Source: Elainellaceae cyanobacterium (GTDB lineage: Bacteria; Cyanobacteriota; Cyanobacteriia; CAZCXK01). Taken from it: DNA of 33,660 nucleotides. Under the pieces are notes generated by a model, which ran no database searches, was not told where the DNA came from, and worked only from the letters and a program-made list of their open reading frames with translations. Location: contig JBNPEG010000094.1 of the NCBI GenBank assembly GCA_051117555.1, positions 1 to 33,660 on the forward strand. The letters are read 5' to 3'. The translations under genes were made by a program, and so were the position numbers. The stretch's first letter is position 1, and the number at the start of each line of letters is the position of its first letter. Shown here in pieces: positions 10,329-20,086 of the stretch.

Positions 10329-13103
10329 TTATCGGGAAACTGGCTCTATTAGACGAATTTCAACAATTTGATTGGGCTGAAGGGCGATCGCCGCATCGCC
10401 AAGACGAGACGACAACGACTCAGACTGAGCAATCAAGCGTATATTTCGGTTATTCAAACGAATTGCCTGAGTCACAAACCGAAACCCATCGGGTGCAGCT
10501 TCAAATCGCCCTAAAACCTGACTCCCCTCAGGTACAACGACACGACCTGCCGAATCGCGAATCGTCTGGTTGACTAACAACACTTCTTGTCGAGGAGGAT
10601 TGGACACCAGCACTTGGGCAGACGTTCTTGGATAGCGGAGTGGCAGTTGTGTTCCTGACGGGAGTAAGACATCAGAATTTGCCGCCACAATCGCCTCGTC
10701 GACATCTGCTCTAGGCGATTGTGAATCGGGCGGATCACCCGACGCACGTGAGCTAAGCAACGGCTCTCCAAAGTCGATGATTGTAATGAGATTTCGAGCA
10801 ATCGACACCTGGTTAGCGAGTAATGGAGTTGATTCGGAGCGATCGCTCGACTCGTCAGGGATAACCTGATCTCGAATGGTGGCGATCGCCTCTGAGTTAG
10901 GAATAACCGATACTCCCTCCGGAGCCGGCACAGAAACGGTCACAGGCTGTTCATCAGTGTCTGCGCTAGCTGGAGGTAACTCAGAAGGCGCGGTAGTTGA
11001 GGGAGGGGCGATCGGCTCTGGTTCTGATATAACGCTTCTCTCGGCAACGGTTCCCTCGGCGATCGCATCCTCATCCAGTGCTCTATCGGGTATCTCTACC
11101 TCAGCAACAGGAAATGGCTCGGGGAGAATGATAGCCGAAGATTCACTATCCTCGGTGATTTCATCCTCGGTGATTTCATCCTCAGCGATTTCATTCTCAG
11201 CGATTTCACTCTCAGTAATTTCACTCTCGATGATTTCACTCTCGGTAATTTCGCTCTCGGTGATTTCATCCTCAGCGATTTCATTCTCAGCAATTTCACT
11301 CTCGGTGATTTCATCCTCAGCAATTTCGCTCTCGATGATTTCATTCTCAGCGATTTCATTCTCAGCGATTTCACTCTCGGTGATTTCACTCTCGGTGATT
11401 TCACTCTCAGCAATTTCACTCTCGATGATTTCATCCTCAGCAACTGGAGCTACTGGCATGGGTAGCGACGCATCGTCAGGTTCTCTAGATTCATTGTCAG
11501 TTCTCTGAGCGGAGTCTACAGCCTCGTTATTTGCCAATGTCGATTGTTCTAAATCGGGTGATCCCGGAATGATGGGAGTTTCATCTATGGGAATTTCGGT
11601 TGCGCCAGGTTCAAGAGGCGGCAACGGAGCAATGACTAAATTTGTAGACGAGTTGAGTTCAGCCGCTAAATCTTCTAAATCCGACGCCGTTGATATAGAC
11701 CTGGGTTGAGTCTCTTCTGGGCTCGTCTCCAGAGGCTCAGCATCTTCAGTCAGAGAATCAGCTTGAGTATCGCGAGGCAGTTCATCTGAGACAGACGGGG
11801 TATTGTCAGGGACGGAGGGCGGCTCAGAGACGACCTCTATATTGCTTAGCTCGTCGGAGCTTACCTCATCATCGCTTGGCTCGTCAGTGCTTGGCTCGTT
11901 ATTGGTTAATTCATCAGTGCTTAACTCGTCAGTGCTTAGATCGTTGGGGCTTAACTCGTTATTACTTAACTCATCATCGCTTGGCTCGTTATTGCTTAGC
12001 TCGTTATTGCTTAGCTCGTCAGTGCTCAACTCATCATCGCTTAACTCGTTAGTGCTTAACTCGTTATTGGTTAATTCATCAGTGCTTAACTCGTCAGTGC
12101 TTAGATCGTTGGAGCTTAACTCGTTATTACTTACCTCATCAGTGCTTAACTCGTCAGTGCTTAGATCGTTGGAGCTTAACTCGTCAGTGCTTAGATCGTT
12201 GGAGCTTAACTCGTTATTACTTAACTCGTTAGTGCTTAGCTCGTTAGTGCTTAGCTCGTTAGTGCTTAGCTCGTTAGTGCTTAGCTCGTTAGTGCTTAGC
12301 TCGTTAGTGCTTACCTCGTCAGTACTTAACTCATTAGTGCTTAACTCGTCATCGCTTGGCTCGTTATTGGTTAATTCATCAGTGCTTGGCTCGTTATTAC
12401 TTACCTCATCATCGCTTAGCTCGTTATTGGTTAACTCATCGTTTGAGACTTCGCCCATCGCCGTCTCTGAGTCTTCAGAATTGTCCGGTAACACGAGCGG
12501 CAAACTAGTTGCGGTAGGAGGAGATTCGGACAGTAAATCGCCTGGCGCATCGTCGGCCCCTGGAGTATCGGCTTCGATAGGAGGGGGCGGAGGCTGTTGA
12601 GCGTTAGCAAAAACAGGACGCAGTGCCCAGCGATCGCCCGATGGATTATCTGCACTCAATTGCTCTAGTTCTACCTGCTGTGGCGCTAAAACTGCGTCTG
12701 GAGATAGCTCAATGACAATTCGAGTTAATCCGGGTTCAAATTGTCCAACGCGAATTTGCCGTACCAATCCTGAGTAGGTTCTCTGTTCAGGTACGTTGCC
12801 GACGCTGGTATTAGGTAGGTCTAAGACGATGCGGGCGGGCTGTCCGAGTAAAAAATAGCGAGGCGAGGTGCCTCCTGGAACATTTACTTCCAGGCGTTGA
12901 GTCGCCGGATCAAACTGCCAGTTGGTGAGTTGAGCCGCCTGTGCGGACGCTTGCACCATAACGGGGGCGATCGCTACAAAGACGCTCATCCCAATGACAT
13001 ATCTTAAATTTGTCACCCCAATCACGGATGCCAAGACATTCGCTTTGCGCCAAACCCTGGTGTTTAATCTTGCCTTCTTCATGGCGTTCCAACTCCGCAG
13101 CAC
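10329..13103 (-). CDS. AMIN-domain envelope protein with long acidic repeat linker and C-terminal beta domain
   Basis: LTNWQFDP...PARIVLDLP...IRVGQFEPGLTRIVIEL (AMIN); C-terminal LPSGTQL...TIRDSAGRVVVPEGSQVLG; true start is probably later than 13103. Confidence 0.85.
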   Translation of the reverse strand: MLRSWNAMKKARLNTRVWRKANVLASVIGVTNLRYVIGMSVFVAIAPVMVQASAQAAQLTNWQFDPATQRLEVNVPGGTSPRYFLLGQPARIVLDLPNTSVGNVPEQRTYSGLVRQIRVGQFEPGLTRIVIELSPDAVLAPQQVELEQLSADNPSGDRWALRPVFANAQQPPPPPIEADTPGADDAPGDLLSESPPTATSLPLVLPDNSEDSETAMGEVSNDELTNNELSDDEVSNNEPSTDELTNNEPSDDELSTNELSTDEVSTNELSTNELSTNELSTNELSTNELSTNELSNNELSSNDLSTDELSSNDLSTDELSTDEVSNNELSSNDLSTDELSTDELTNNELSTNELSDDELSTDELSNNELSNNEPSDDELSNNELSPNDLSTDELSTDELTNNEPSTDEPSDDEVSSDELSNIEVVSEPPSVPDNTPSVSDELPRDTQADSLTEDAEPLETSPEETQPRSISTASDLEDLAAELNSSTNLVIAPLPPLEPGATEIPIDETPIIPGSPDLEQSTLANNEAVDSAQRTDNESREPDDASLPMPVAPVAEDEIIESEIAESEITESEITESEIAENEIAENEIIESEIAEDEITESEIAENEIAEDEITESEITESEIIESEITESEIAENEIAEDEITEDEITEDSESSAIILPEPFPVAEVEIPDRALDEDAIAEGTVAERSVISEPEPIAPPSTTAPSELPPASADTDEQPVTVSVPAPEGVSVIPNSEAIATIRDQVIPDESSDRSESTPLLANQVSIARNLITIIDFGEPLLSSRASGDPPDSQSPRADVDEAIVAANSDVLLPSGTQLPLRYPRTSAQVLVSNPPRQEVLLVNQTIRDSAGRVVVPEGSQVLGRFEAAPDGFRFVTQAIRLNNRNIRLIAQSESLSSRLGDAAIALQPNQIVEIRLIEPVSR
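11147..11441 (-). repeat. Coding 15-bp tandem repeat (EI[AT]E[SND])n
   Basis: Tandem variants of ctcggtgatttca(c/t)(t/c). Confidence 0.95.
11843..12440 (-). repeat. Coding 15-bp tandem repeat (ELS[TN][ND])n
   Basis: Tandem variants of gcttagctcgttagt. Confidence 0.95.
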
Positions 13104-13255
13104 CTAAAAAATTTGGTTAGACGATACTCCTCACCGATCAGCTAATATAACCAATACTCAACAGGGCAAATGCAATTTGCAATTTGAATTCTTCGGATGG
13201 TTTAATCCCACTCTAAAATATAAAAATTGTAGATCTCGAATCGTAATTAGATTGC

Positions 13256-13822
13256 ATGGATATCAAAGAGTTTTTTGAACGAAGCTGTGGAAAGTGGTTT
13301 TCTCAGCGAACGAGCCAACATTTAGAATTTAATCAATCGGAATGGGGCAAATCTGACCTTTGGGTCGAATTGCTCCCAGCATCCGACTCAATTGTGATTC
13401 AAATATGTGAGCAGCAAACCATTGATCCCGCATCGGCTGTATGTGGTGTTCGCGTGACGTGGGAAGGGTTTGTAGGGCAAGACCCCGATAAGCAATCTGG
13501 TGCCACGGTGCTTGTTCCGATAAAGGATGCAGAGCAGCCAAATCAGGGAATTCTGCTTCGCAAAACTTTACGCCCAAACGATTCAACAGCGATCGGGAAC
13601 TACATCCTTGCATCTGATGATATTTTGACTCTGACCACCCAATACGATGGTATGACCGCCGAGGAGCGGGTGTGGTTTGCCAGCCCAAATCTGAGACTGC
13701 GATCTAGTATTCTCAATCGCCGAGACGAGTTTTGCACCGCTTCGTTTTGTTCTGAAATTCGACTCGGTGATGCAAATTCCAAACCTCCTGCTAGCAGCAC
13801 AACGACTCGCAATTGGCGCTAA
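13256..13822 (+). CDS. cpcS: Phycobiliprotein lyase, CpcS/CpcU (CpeS) family
   Basis: GKWFSQRTS.H, EERVWFASPNLRLR and ASFCSEIR motifs; may be a cpcU-type paralog. Confidence 0.88.
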   Translation: MDIKEFFERSCGKWFSQRTSQHLEFNQSEWGKSDLWVELLPASDSIVIQICEQQTIDPASAVCGVRVTWEGFVGQDPDKQSGATVLVPIKDAEQPNQGILLRKTLRPNDSTAIGNYILASDDILTLTTQYDGMTAEERVWFASPNLRLRSSILNRRDEFCTASFCSEIRLGDANSKPPASSTTTRNWR

Positions 13823-13826
13823 TGCA

Positions 13827-13861
13827 GTAACGCACCCCTAACAAATGCTTCGGTGCGTTAC
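13827..13861. repeat. REP-like inverted repeat between convergent genes (possible terminator)
   Basis: gtaacgcacc (13827-13836) and ggtgcgttac (13852-13861) form a perfect 10-bp inverted repeat. Confidence 0.6.
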
Positions 13862-13915
13862 GCTGCCACTGCACCCTGCTGGAGAGCCGGCGCGTCGACA
13901 TAGGGTCAAGCGGCA

Positions 13916-14746
13916 TCAATCAGCATCACGCTTTTTTCTAGAACCCAGTTCACTCATGATTGCTAAATGAGACGTCTGGGCCTCAGCATCATGACGGTCG
14001 AGAACTGCCCTTAGTTTGCTATAGAGTCGATTGCTTTCGGTCGTTGGCACAAACTGGTGAATGGGCGACTGGGGCGACTGGGGCGACTGAGCCAATCGCC
14101 CTTTGGACCACGTGAGTAATTCTGCCGCATCTGTGTCTAGTTCATCTGCGGGTTTAAATGGTTCAATGGGCGACTCTGCTGATGACAGTTCAACAGCTTC
14201 AGGCTTAGGGCGATCGCCTTCATGATACTTGGGAGAACGAAATTCAAATGGCAGCAATGAATCGGGCAAATCATCCGACGATTCATCCCTCAGATTAAGG
14301 TTTGCTGGGTTGACATTCGCATCCGCATCCCCTTGATCAAACTCTCGATCACCTAACTCTCGATCACCTAGAGGCGTGACCGCCGACTTAGTATCAGACG
14401 AATCATCTTGACTCTTCATAGACTCGGCATTGGACATTCGGTCATCGCGACTGACCGCAGTTTCTGATGCCTGGCCACAAACCATGCGTTCGAATTCGCC
14501 ATTAAAGTGATGAAGGGGGCGCCCGCGTCGGTACCACAGCGTTAAAATTTGCTCGACCGATATCGCTTTATAACGCCCTTGATAAAGCGCTTCAACCACG
14601 GCAGGTTGAAGCCACTCCGATGGATAATATTTGAGCCAATGATCAACAATATGCTCAACCGTATATCCACCCAGATCAAAGCTATAGCGACTCATTAGAT
14701 GGGTTGCTATCTCACGGGGGGGTGCGCTTTTTGCCAGTTCTCCCAT
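13916..14746 (-). CDS. ftn6: Ftn6-like cell division protein (N-terminal DnaD-like domain, low-complexity C-terminus)
   Basis: YSFDLGG...W...AVVEALYQGRYKAISVEQIL..W.RRG.P..HF..EFER matches my recollection of the Ftn6 N-terminal domain. Confidence 0.65.
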   Translation of the reverse strand: MGELAKSAPPREIATHLMSRYSFDLGGYTVEHIVDHWLKYYPSEWLQPAVVEALYQGRYKAISVEQILTLWYRRGRPLHHFNGEFERMVCGQASETAVSRDDRMSNAESMKSQDDSSDTKSAVTPLGDRELGDREFDQGDADANVNPANLNLRDESSDDLPDSLLPFEFRSPKYHEGDRPKPEAVELSSAESPIEPFKPADELDTDAAELLTWSKGRLAQSPQSPQSPIHQFVPTTESNRLYSKLRAVLDRHDAEAQTSHLAIMSELGSRKKRDAD

Positions 14747-15117
14747 AATTGGACAGTCGCAATAAATTTATTGTCTGGTTAAATTCGGCAGTTTCTCTTA
14801 ACAAATTATTTCGTCACAGCTTTCCTCGTGTTCGGACAGAAATAGAAAACTACACCCAATCTCATGTTAATTAAAGCAATCCGTAATACTAAAATTCGAT
14901 GCGAGTCTAATAAGCAGGTTTGCTATTGCAAGCAAACCAGGGTTCAGATCTAGGTCTGACAGATGTTTAGAGCTGATTGCTTTAGTTCTTCAGCATAAAA
15001 ATCGAATCTTGCCACTAACTCGAAATCACTTCGAGTTCACTTTGAGAACTGTCACAAAATAAAGTCTGCCCAGAATTGAGGGGGATAGTATACAAATTAA
15101 CAGACCCTTAGTGGGAG

Positions 15118-15543
15118 GTGTTGAGGATGAAAATGAAACCCCTTGGGTTCGCTGGTCCAATCGCGTTAGCTGCGTTACTTGCGCTATCGTCTGGAGCGTT
15201 CGGTGAGACGGTCAGAACCCCTATTCAATCTACAGTAACGCTCCGAGGAACATCAGGCGGACCGCAGTCAAGTCGTTGTGGCTATATTGATAGTCAGCCT
15301 GATCATCAGGTTCAAGTTACCGAGGCATTTACATCTCTGCGATTCAGGGTAGAAAGCGGAGGACAGCCCACCCTGCTAATTCAGTCTCAAAGTGGACAAA
15401 GCGAATGCGCAATGGCGGATGGATTTTCTGGAGGGAGTATCGAAATACCGGGTGTGTGGGAACAGGGAACCTATTCCGTCTATGTGGGCGATCGCGCAGG
15501 TGGTAATCACACGTATACGCTCTCTATTCGTCAACAAAATTAG
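15118..15543 (+). CDS. Secreted hypothetical protein (small beta-sandwich, PPC-like)
   Basis: Signal peptide; CGYI...PDH, PTLLI, C..D and W..GTYSVYVGD motifs. Confidence 0.7.
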   Translation: MLRMKMKPLGFAGPIALAALLALSSGAFGETVRTPIQSTVTLRGTSGGPQSSRCGYIDSQPDHQVQVTEAFTSLRFRVESGGQPTLLIQSQSGQSECAMADGFSGGSIEIPGVWEQGTYSVYVGDRAGGNHTYTLSIRQQN

Positions 15544-15623
15544 TCCAGTAGCACAAACCGATAATGCGGGCGACTGCACAGTCATCCGCATCTCTAGATA
15601 ATCAGGGCATTCTCACGGTTGAT

Positions 15624-16004
15624 TCAATCTTCGATCTGTCGGGCTGACACATCTACGGCATCTACGTCGACCGTACCGGGAGGGGTAAGCCGGTAGAACT
15701 GTCCTTCTTCTGCTTTAAGCGGTTCACTACAGCTGGGGCATCTCATATTAGTTCGGTTCAGCCCGACCAATTCATACCCGCATACAGGGCACTGCCCTTC
15801 TACTAAATTTCTCTGAAACCACCAGCGAAATGCTAAGAAAGCAATCACGGGTGAAATCAAGAGAAATGCAATCAGAATTAGAAAGGATTTAACGAGCCAA
15901 CCTAAGCCAATAGAGCCGAGTAGCCAGACAATCGCAAATATCGTTAGCCAAACCCATAATCCTGAAATATTAAATTGGAGCGATCTAAAACTGTTTTGAT
16001 TCAC
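15624..16004 (-). CDS. Conserved cyanobacterial membrane protein with zinc ribbon
   Basis: Two TM helices followed by CPVC...CPSC. Confidence 0.8.
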   Translation of the reverse strand: MNQNSFRSLQFNISGLWVWLTIFAIVWLLGSIGLGWLVKSFLILIAFLLISPVIAFLAFRWWFQRNLVEGQCPVCGYELVGLNRTNMRCPSCSEPLKAEEGQFYRLTPPGTVDVDAVDVSARQIED

Positions 16005-16150
16005 AACGTTCTCCTAATCTGAATCGCTGCTCGAAGCGACAAAGTCACGAATCATCTGTACGCCTAAGATTAACGTGTCTAAAGCTGTTTCACCAGCCTA
16101 AACCGATTCTAGAGCGTTCTTCAACTGAGCAGAGGCAGAGATTCCCTCAC

Positions 16151-17320
16151 CTATGACGACAGGGCGATCAATGTCTGTAATTGTTTGGCAAATGCCTCTT
16201 TCCCAAATAGCGCAAGCGCTTGTTCGCGTAGCCACACCCCATCACACCGCTGGTCGTCGCCGTTGAGAAGTTCGATGCAGGCATGTGCAACTGCGGACGG
16301 ATCTCGATGGGGAACTTGCCAGCCCAAGGCGCTGTCTTGGAGCGGATCGGACGAGCCGTCAGCATCCCCTGAGAGTACGGGAACCCCGCATGCCATGGCT
16401 TCGAGATAGACAATGCCAAACCCTTCTTGAGATGGCATGATATACGCGTCTGCTAGACGGTAATGGTCAGGCAGGTCTTCTGTGGCTATAAATCCTGCAA
16501 AGATAACGCGATCGCCCATCCCTAAGTCATCTGCCAGCTTTGCCAAACGAGGCTGATCGTCACCTCGTCCAATCACTAGATATTTAACATCCGGATATGC
16601 CTCCGCAATGGTCGGTAGCGCGCGAATAGTGATGTCGACTCCTTTGTAAATGTCTCCTGACCACAATCGGGCGACGGTCATGAGAACCCTTGAATGCGCT
16701 AAACCATATTTGTGGAGCAGCTCCGATGATTTTTGTCCGGGAGTAAATTGCTTCCCGTCTACGGCGCACGGCAATAGCGCAACTTTATTCGGATCAAGCT
16801 GATTGGCGGTGCAGGCGCGATCGCGCGTATAGCGGCTAATTGTCCAAATCTGATCAGCATGAGATAAGGCTTGGCGATCGCGCTCAGGAAGAGTTTCCCA
16901 AACTTCTTTGCCATAGGTCAACACGGTGTAAGGAATACCCAGCGGTCGGCATAGCAATTCAATTAAGGGGGCTAGCTTAATATGGCCGCACAATACCCGC
17001 TGTGGACGTTTCCAGAGCAGCGAACGGAAGAGAGAAACTGCTAGATATAGTCTCCCCATCGCCGCAGAGCGAGTCTTAAAGTAGTGGAATGTTAGGGGAG
17101 AAGGCTCAAACGGATTAGAACAATTGTGACCATCGCGTAGCAAAAAAATCTCAGCCGCTGGCACATTCGATAGTGTCAGATAACTCTGAAAAATGTCCTT
17201 TACGTAAGACTGAATGCCTCCCTCTCGCTCGAAGATTTCTAAAAAGACAAAGAAAATTGGAGCGTTTGGCCGGGCAGAGGATGCCGATACCGAAGATACA
17301 GAGGGAAACTGGTCATTCAT
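16151..17320 (-). CDS. Glycosyltransferase family 4
   Basis: GGIQSY, VARL...KG and EGFGIVYLEAMACGVPV motifs. Confidence 0.93.
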   Translation of the reverse strand: MNDQFPSVSSVSASSARPNAPIFFVFLEIFEREGGIQSYVKDIFQSYLTLSNVPAAEIFLLRDGHNCSNPFEPSPLTFHYFKTRSAAMGRLYLAVSLFRSLLWKRPQRVLCGHIKLAPLIELLCRPLGIPYTVLTYGKEVWETLPERDRQALSHADQIWTISRYTRDRACTANQLDPNKVALLPCAVDGKQFTPGQKSSELLHKYGLAHSRVLMTVARLWSGDIYKGVDITIRALPTIAEAYPDVKYLVIGRGDDQPRLAKLADDLGMGDRVIFAGFIATEDLPDHYRLADAYIMPSQEGFGIVYLEAMACGVPVLSGDADGSSDPLQDSALGWQVPHRDPSAVAHACIELLNGDDQRCDGVWLREQALALFGKEAFAKQLQTLIALSS

Positions 17321-17425
17321 CCTGGACGCTTTTGTTGTGGGTTTTCAATGATGCATGCGTGGAATGGAGTGCTCGTCTGGCTCATCGAGTGCTACATCCA
17401 AACCCAAATGGTGAGCCATCTTGGG

Positions 17426-18412
17426 TTATGACGAACTGGGAGCAACTCTACCCGATTTTAGGTGCTCTAAGTCTTCCAATACCATCTTCTCGATAAGCGC
17501 CTCAAAACTGACTTGAGGTCGCCAATCAAGCTTCATATGTGCCTTGGTCGGATTTGCCACCAGTTGAAAATGTTCATCGGCTCGAATCAGATTCGGGTCA
17601 ACCGATACATGATTTTGCCAATTTAAGTCAACACAGCTAAATGCGGTATCAATCAATTCTTCTACGCTATGTAGATGCCCAGTGCCGATGACAAAGTCTT
17701 CGGGATCATCCGCTTGGAGCATTCGCCACATTGCCTCTACGTGGTCGCCTGCATATCCCCAGTCTCGCTTAGCTTGCAAGTTTCCCATTTCGAGGCGATC
17801 GCTCAGTCCAAGCTTGATGGACGCAGCCGCCAGCGATACCTTCCGAGTGACAAAATTGGGAGGACGCCGGGGTGACTCATGGTTATACAAAATACCACTG
17901 CAAGCGAAAAGCTGATAGCGATCGCGATGGTGCACCATTGTCCAGTGGGCGTGAACTTTTGCCGCAGCATATGGATTCTTGGGACGAAATGGGGTGTATT
18001 CGTCTTGGGGCGCTTGATCTACTTCCCCAAACATCTCCGAACTGCTTGCCTGATAAAACCGTGTAGACAATCCAACTTCACGAACGGCATCTAACACGCG
18101 AGTTGCCGTTCCGGTTACCAAATCTAATGTTCCTAGTGGGTCAGCCCAAGAATCGGGCACAAAACTCGGAGCAGCTAGGTTATAGACTTCATCAGGATAA
18201 AGCTGCTCGACGGCTTGTAAAACCTGACGACTATCGGTTAGAGCCACTGGATAAATATCAATCTGGTTCGCTAAATCACCGAGCTTCGATACGCTATGCT
18301 GCCGCTCAGGAGGAATCAGACCGACGACTCGATATCCCTTCTCTAGCAGCAGGCGGCTGAGATAGTAGCCATCTTGACCCGTCACCCCAGTAATAAGAGC
18401 TGTTTTCACCAT
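17426..18412 (-). CDS. gmd: GDP-mannose 4,6-dehydratase
   Basis: ALITGVTGQDGYYL, YQASSSEMFG, PYAAAK, NHESPRR and RDWG motifs. Confidence 0.93.
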   Translation of the reverse strand: MVKTALITGVTGQDGYYLSRLLLEKGYRVVGLIPPERQHSVSKLGDLANQIDIYPVALTDSRQVLQAVEQLYPDEVYNLAAPSFVPDSWADPLGTLDLVTGTATRVLDAVREVGLSTRFYQASSSEMFGEVDQAPQDEYTPFRPKNPYAAAKVHAHWTMVHHRDRYQLFACSGILYNHESPRRPPNFVTRKVSLAAASIKLGLSDRLEMGNLQAKRDWGYAGDHVEAMWRMLQADDPEDFVIGTGHLHSVEELIDTAFSCVDLNWQNHVSVDPNLIRADEHFQLVANPTKAHMKLDWRPQVSFEALIEKMVLEDLEHLKSGRVAPSSS

Positions 18413-18576
18413 ACATTGAACTAGATTGTGGCGGTGTTATCACCTCATCCAATTACATTACTGATCATGGATGCTGCTAAATCCTAGCAAACCGTTTTCG
18501 AAACGCCAGCCGCAGACTCACCCAATTGACCGAATTTTTATCCCCACCAGTCATCAACAATGATGACCGCCTATGC

Positions 18577-18611
18577 AAAAAGGGGGAGAATCTCACCATC
18601 ATTCTCCCCCT
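18577..18611 (-). terminator. Rho-independent terminator
   Basis: Perfect 11-bp stem agggggagaat/attctccccct with a 9-nt loop, followed by a U-tract on the minus strand. Confidence 0.7.
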
Positions 18612-18775
18612 GCATATTCATGCATCTAGCCAATTAAACTGACAATCAACCCTTGATCGGGGTGGGATGTCATCAACCAGGTTAATACCAAACACAAATT
18701 TATAAGAGCAAATCGCGATACGCACAACCTTTTTGGGTTTCTACGTTTGAGTTGCTCGGCTTATGTGAACTTGGA

Positions 18776-18985
18776 TTAGTCCACAACCTTCAACAATCCC
18801 ATTTGCAATCGGTCGAACACACGTCTGACCTGATGAAGCTCATCTACAGTTAATGAGTAGTTGGATGCTGTTGCTCGTAGAAGCACATTCTTATCCTCAC
18901 GGGTAATTTTTCCCGTGTCAAAAATGCGGTGAATTGCTTCTCCCAGCATATTCGGTGAGATAGGGGCTGTAATTAAAGAATTCAT
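18776..18985 (-). CDS. Small conserved cyanobacterial hypothetical protein
   Basis: ...IFDTGKITRED...VFDRLQMGLLKVVD; ATG 18985 is the likely start (ORF track starts at 19018). Confidence 0.7.
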   Translation of the reverse strand: MNSLITAPISPNMLGEAIHRIFDTGKITREDKNVLLRATASNYSLTVDELHQVRRVFDRLQMGLLKVVD

Positions 18986-19388
18986 AGTGCAACATCTCTG
19001 GGGGGCAGAAAACTGCATCTACATACAGACTGATCGAATTCAAATAAATTTACATCCTTCGATCAGCTCACCTAGATGGATGAGAGACGATTTCAGGATT
19101 GCGATAACGATACACCCCAAACATAACGTCATTCTGTAAGGCTTTGCGCATTATCCACTACGTGTTTTAACGAGCAAGCCCGTAACGAGTTGTTCTAGAA
19201 AAAGATAATCCAGTAAAAACCAGCATAGCTAGACTGCTTTGCCATCTTCAAGAAACTCACATAATTTAAAGTCTGGGGGTTAAGATACCGCAAAGCCAAA
19301 ACCTGAATCCCATTATTCAACTGGACGATTCATACTGGCAGTTAGCAGCGTTCAATAATTAAATGAATTTGTTAAGTCAATATCACAT

Positions 19389-20075
19389 GTGACTGGAGTC
19401 GAGGCGATTATGCAGCGTCCAGCGTTCCAGAATTCAGTTTTGTTTGAGCAGGCTATGACCCATCGTTCGCATGCGAATGAGAATATGTCTCTTATTCACA
19501 ATGAGAGACTGGAGTTTCTGGGAGATGCGGTTCTTAATTTTCTCAGCGGTGAGTATCTGTATAAACGGTATCCTGATCAGCCTGAAGGAATTCTCACTCC
19601 TCTACGGGCTGCCCTGGTGGATGAGACTCAGCTTGCGAAATTTGCGATCGCCCTTGAGCTAGAAATTGCCCTCCGCTTAGGCAAAGGAGCGGAACAGGAA
19701 GGAGGACGGCAAAACGCCAATTTGCTCAGTAGTGCCTTTGAAGCCTTGATCGGTGCCTACTTTCTCGACAATCATTCGAGGATTGAACCGGTTCGAGACT
19801 ATGTGATTCCGCTGTTCGATTCGGTCATTGATAGCCTTGTCGTTTCAGCATCGCGGGTCAATGTTAAAAGTCGTTTTCAAGAATGGGCGCTTAAGGAACT
19901 GGGTGAGGTTCCTAGATACACCATTATCAAAGAACATGGCCCTGACCACGCCAAAGAATTTACGGCAGAAGTGAAGGTCAAGCTCAAAGCCTATGGAACG
20001 GGAACGGGGCGACGCAAGCAAGACGCTGAAAAACAAGCCGCAGAAGATGCGTTGAGAAACATTGGCTGCCTCTAA
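19389..20075 (+). CDS. rnc: Ribonuclease III
   Basis: THRS, NERLEFLGDAVL signature, FEALIGA; C-terminal dsRBD (GPDHAKEF...AEKQAA). Confidence 0.96.
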   Translation: MTGVEAIMQRPAFQNSVLFEQAMTHRSHANENMSLIHNERLEFLGDAVLNFLSGEYLYKRYPDQPEGILTPLRAALVDETQLAKFAIALELEIALRLGKGAEQEGGRQNANLLSSAFEALIGAYFLDNHSRIEPVRDYVIPLFDSVIDSLVVSASRVNVKSRFQEWALKELGEVPRYTIIKEHGPDHAKEFTAEVKVKLKAYGTGTGRRKQDAEKQAAEDALRNIGCL

Positions 20076-20086
20076 CAGGCTCTCCT

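Noticed and set aside
10876..12600. Long plus-strand ORFs (210 aa, 265 aa) and the 115-aa alternate-frame ORF
   Set aside because: Shadows of stop-free 15-bp tandem repeats within the AMIN gene
19389..20075. rnc as part of the CRISPR locus
   Set aside because: It lies 13 kb away among housekeeping genes, with no evidence of linkage
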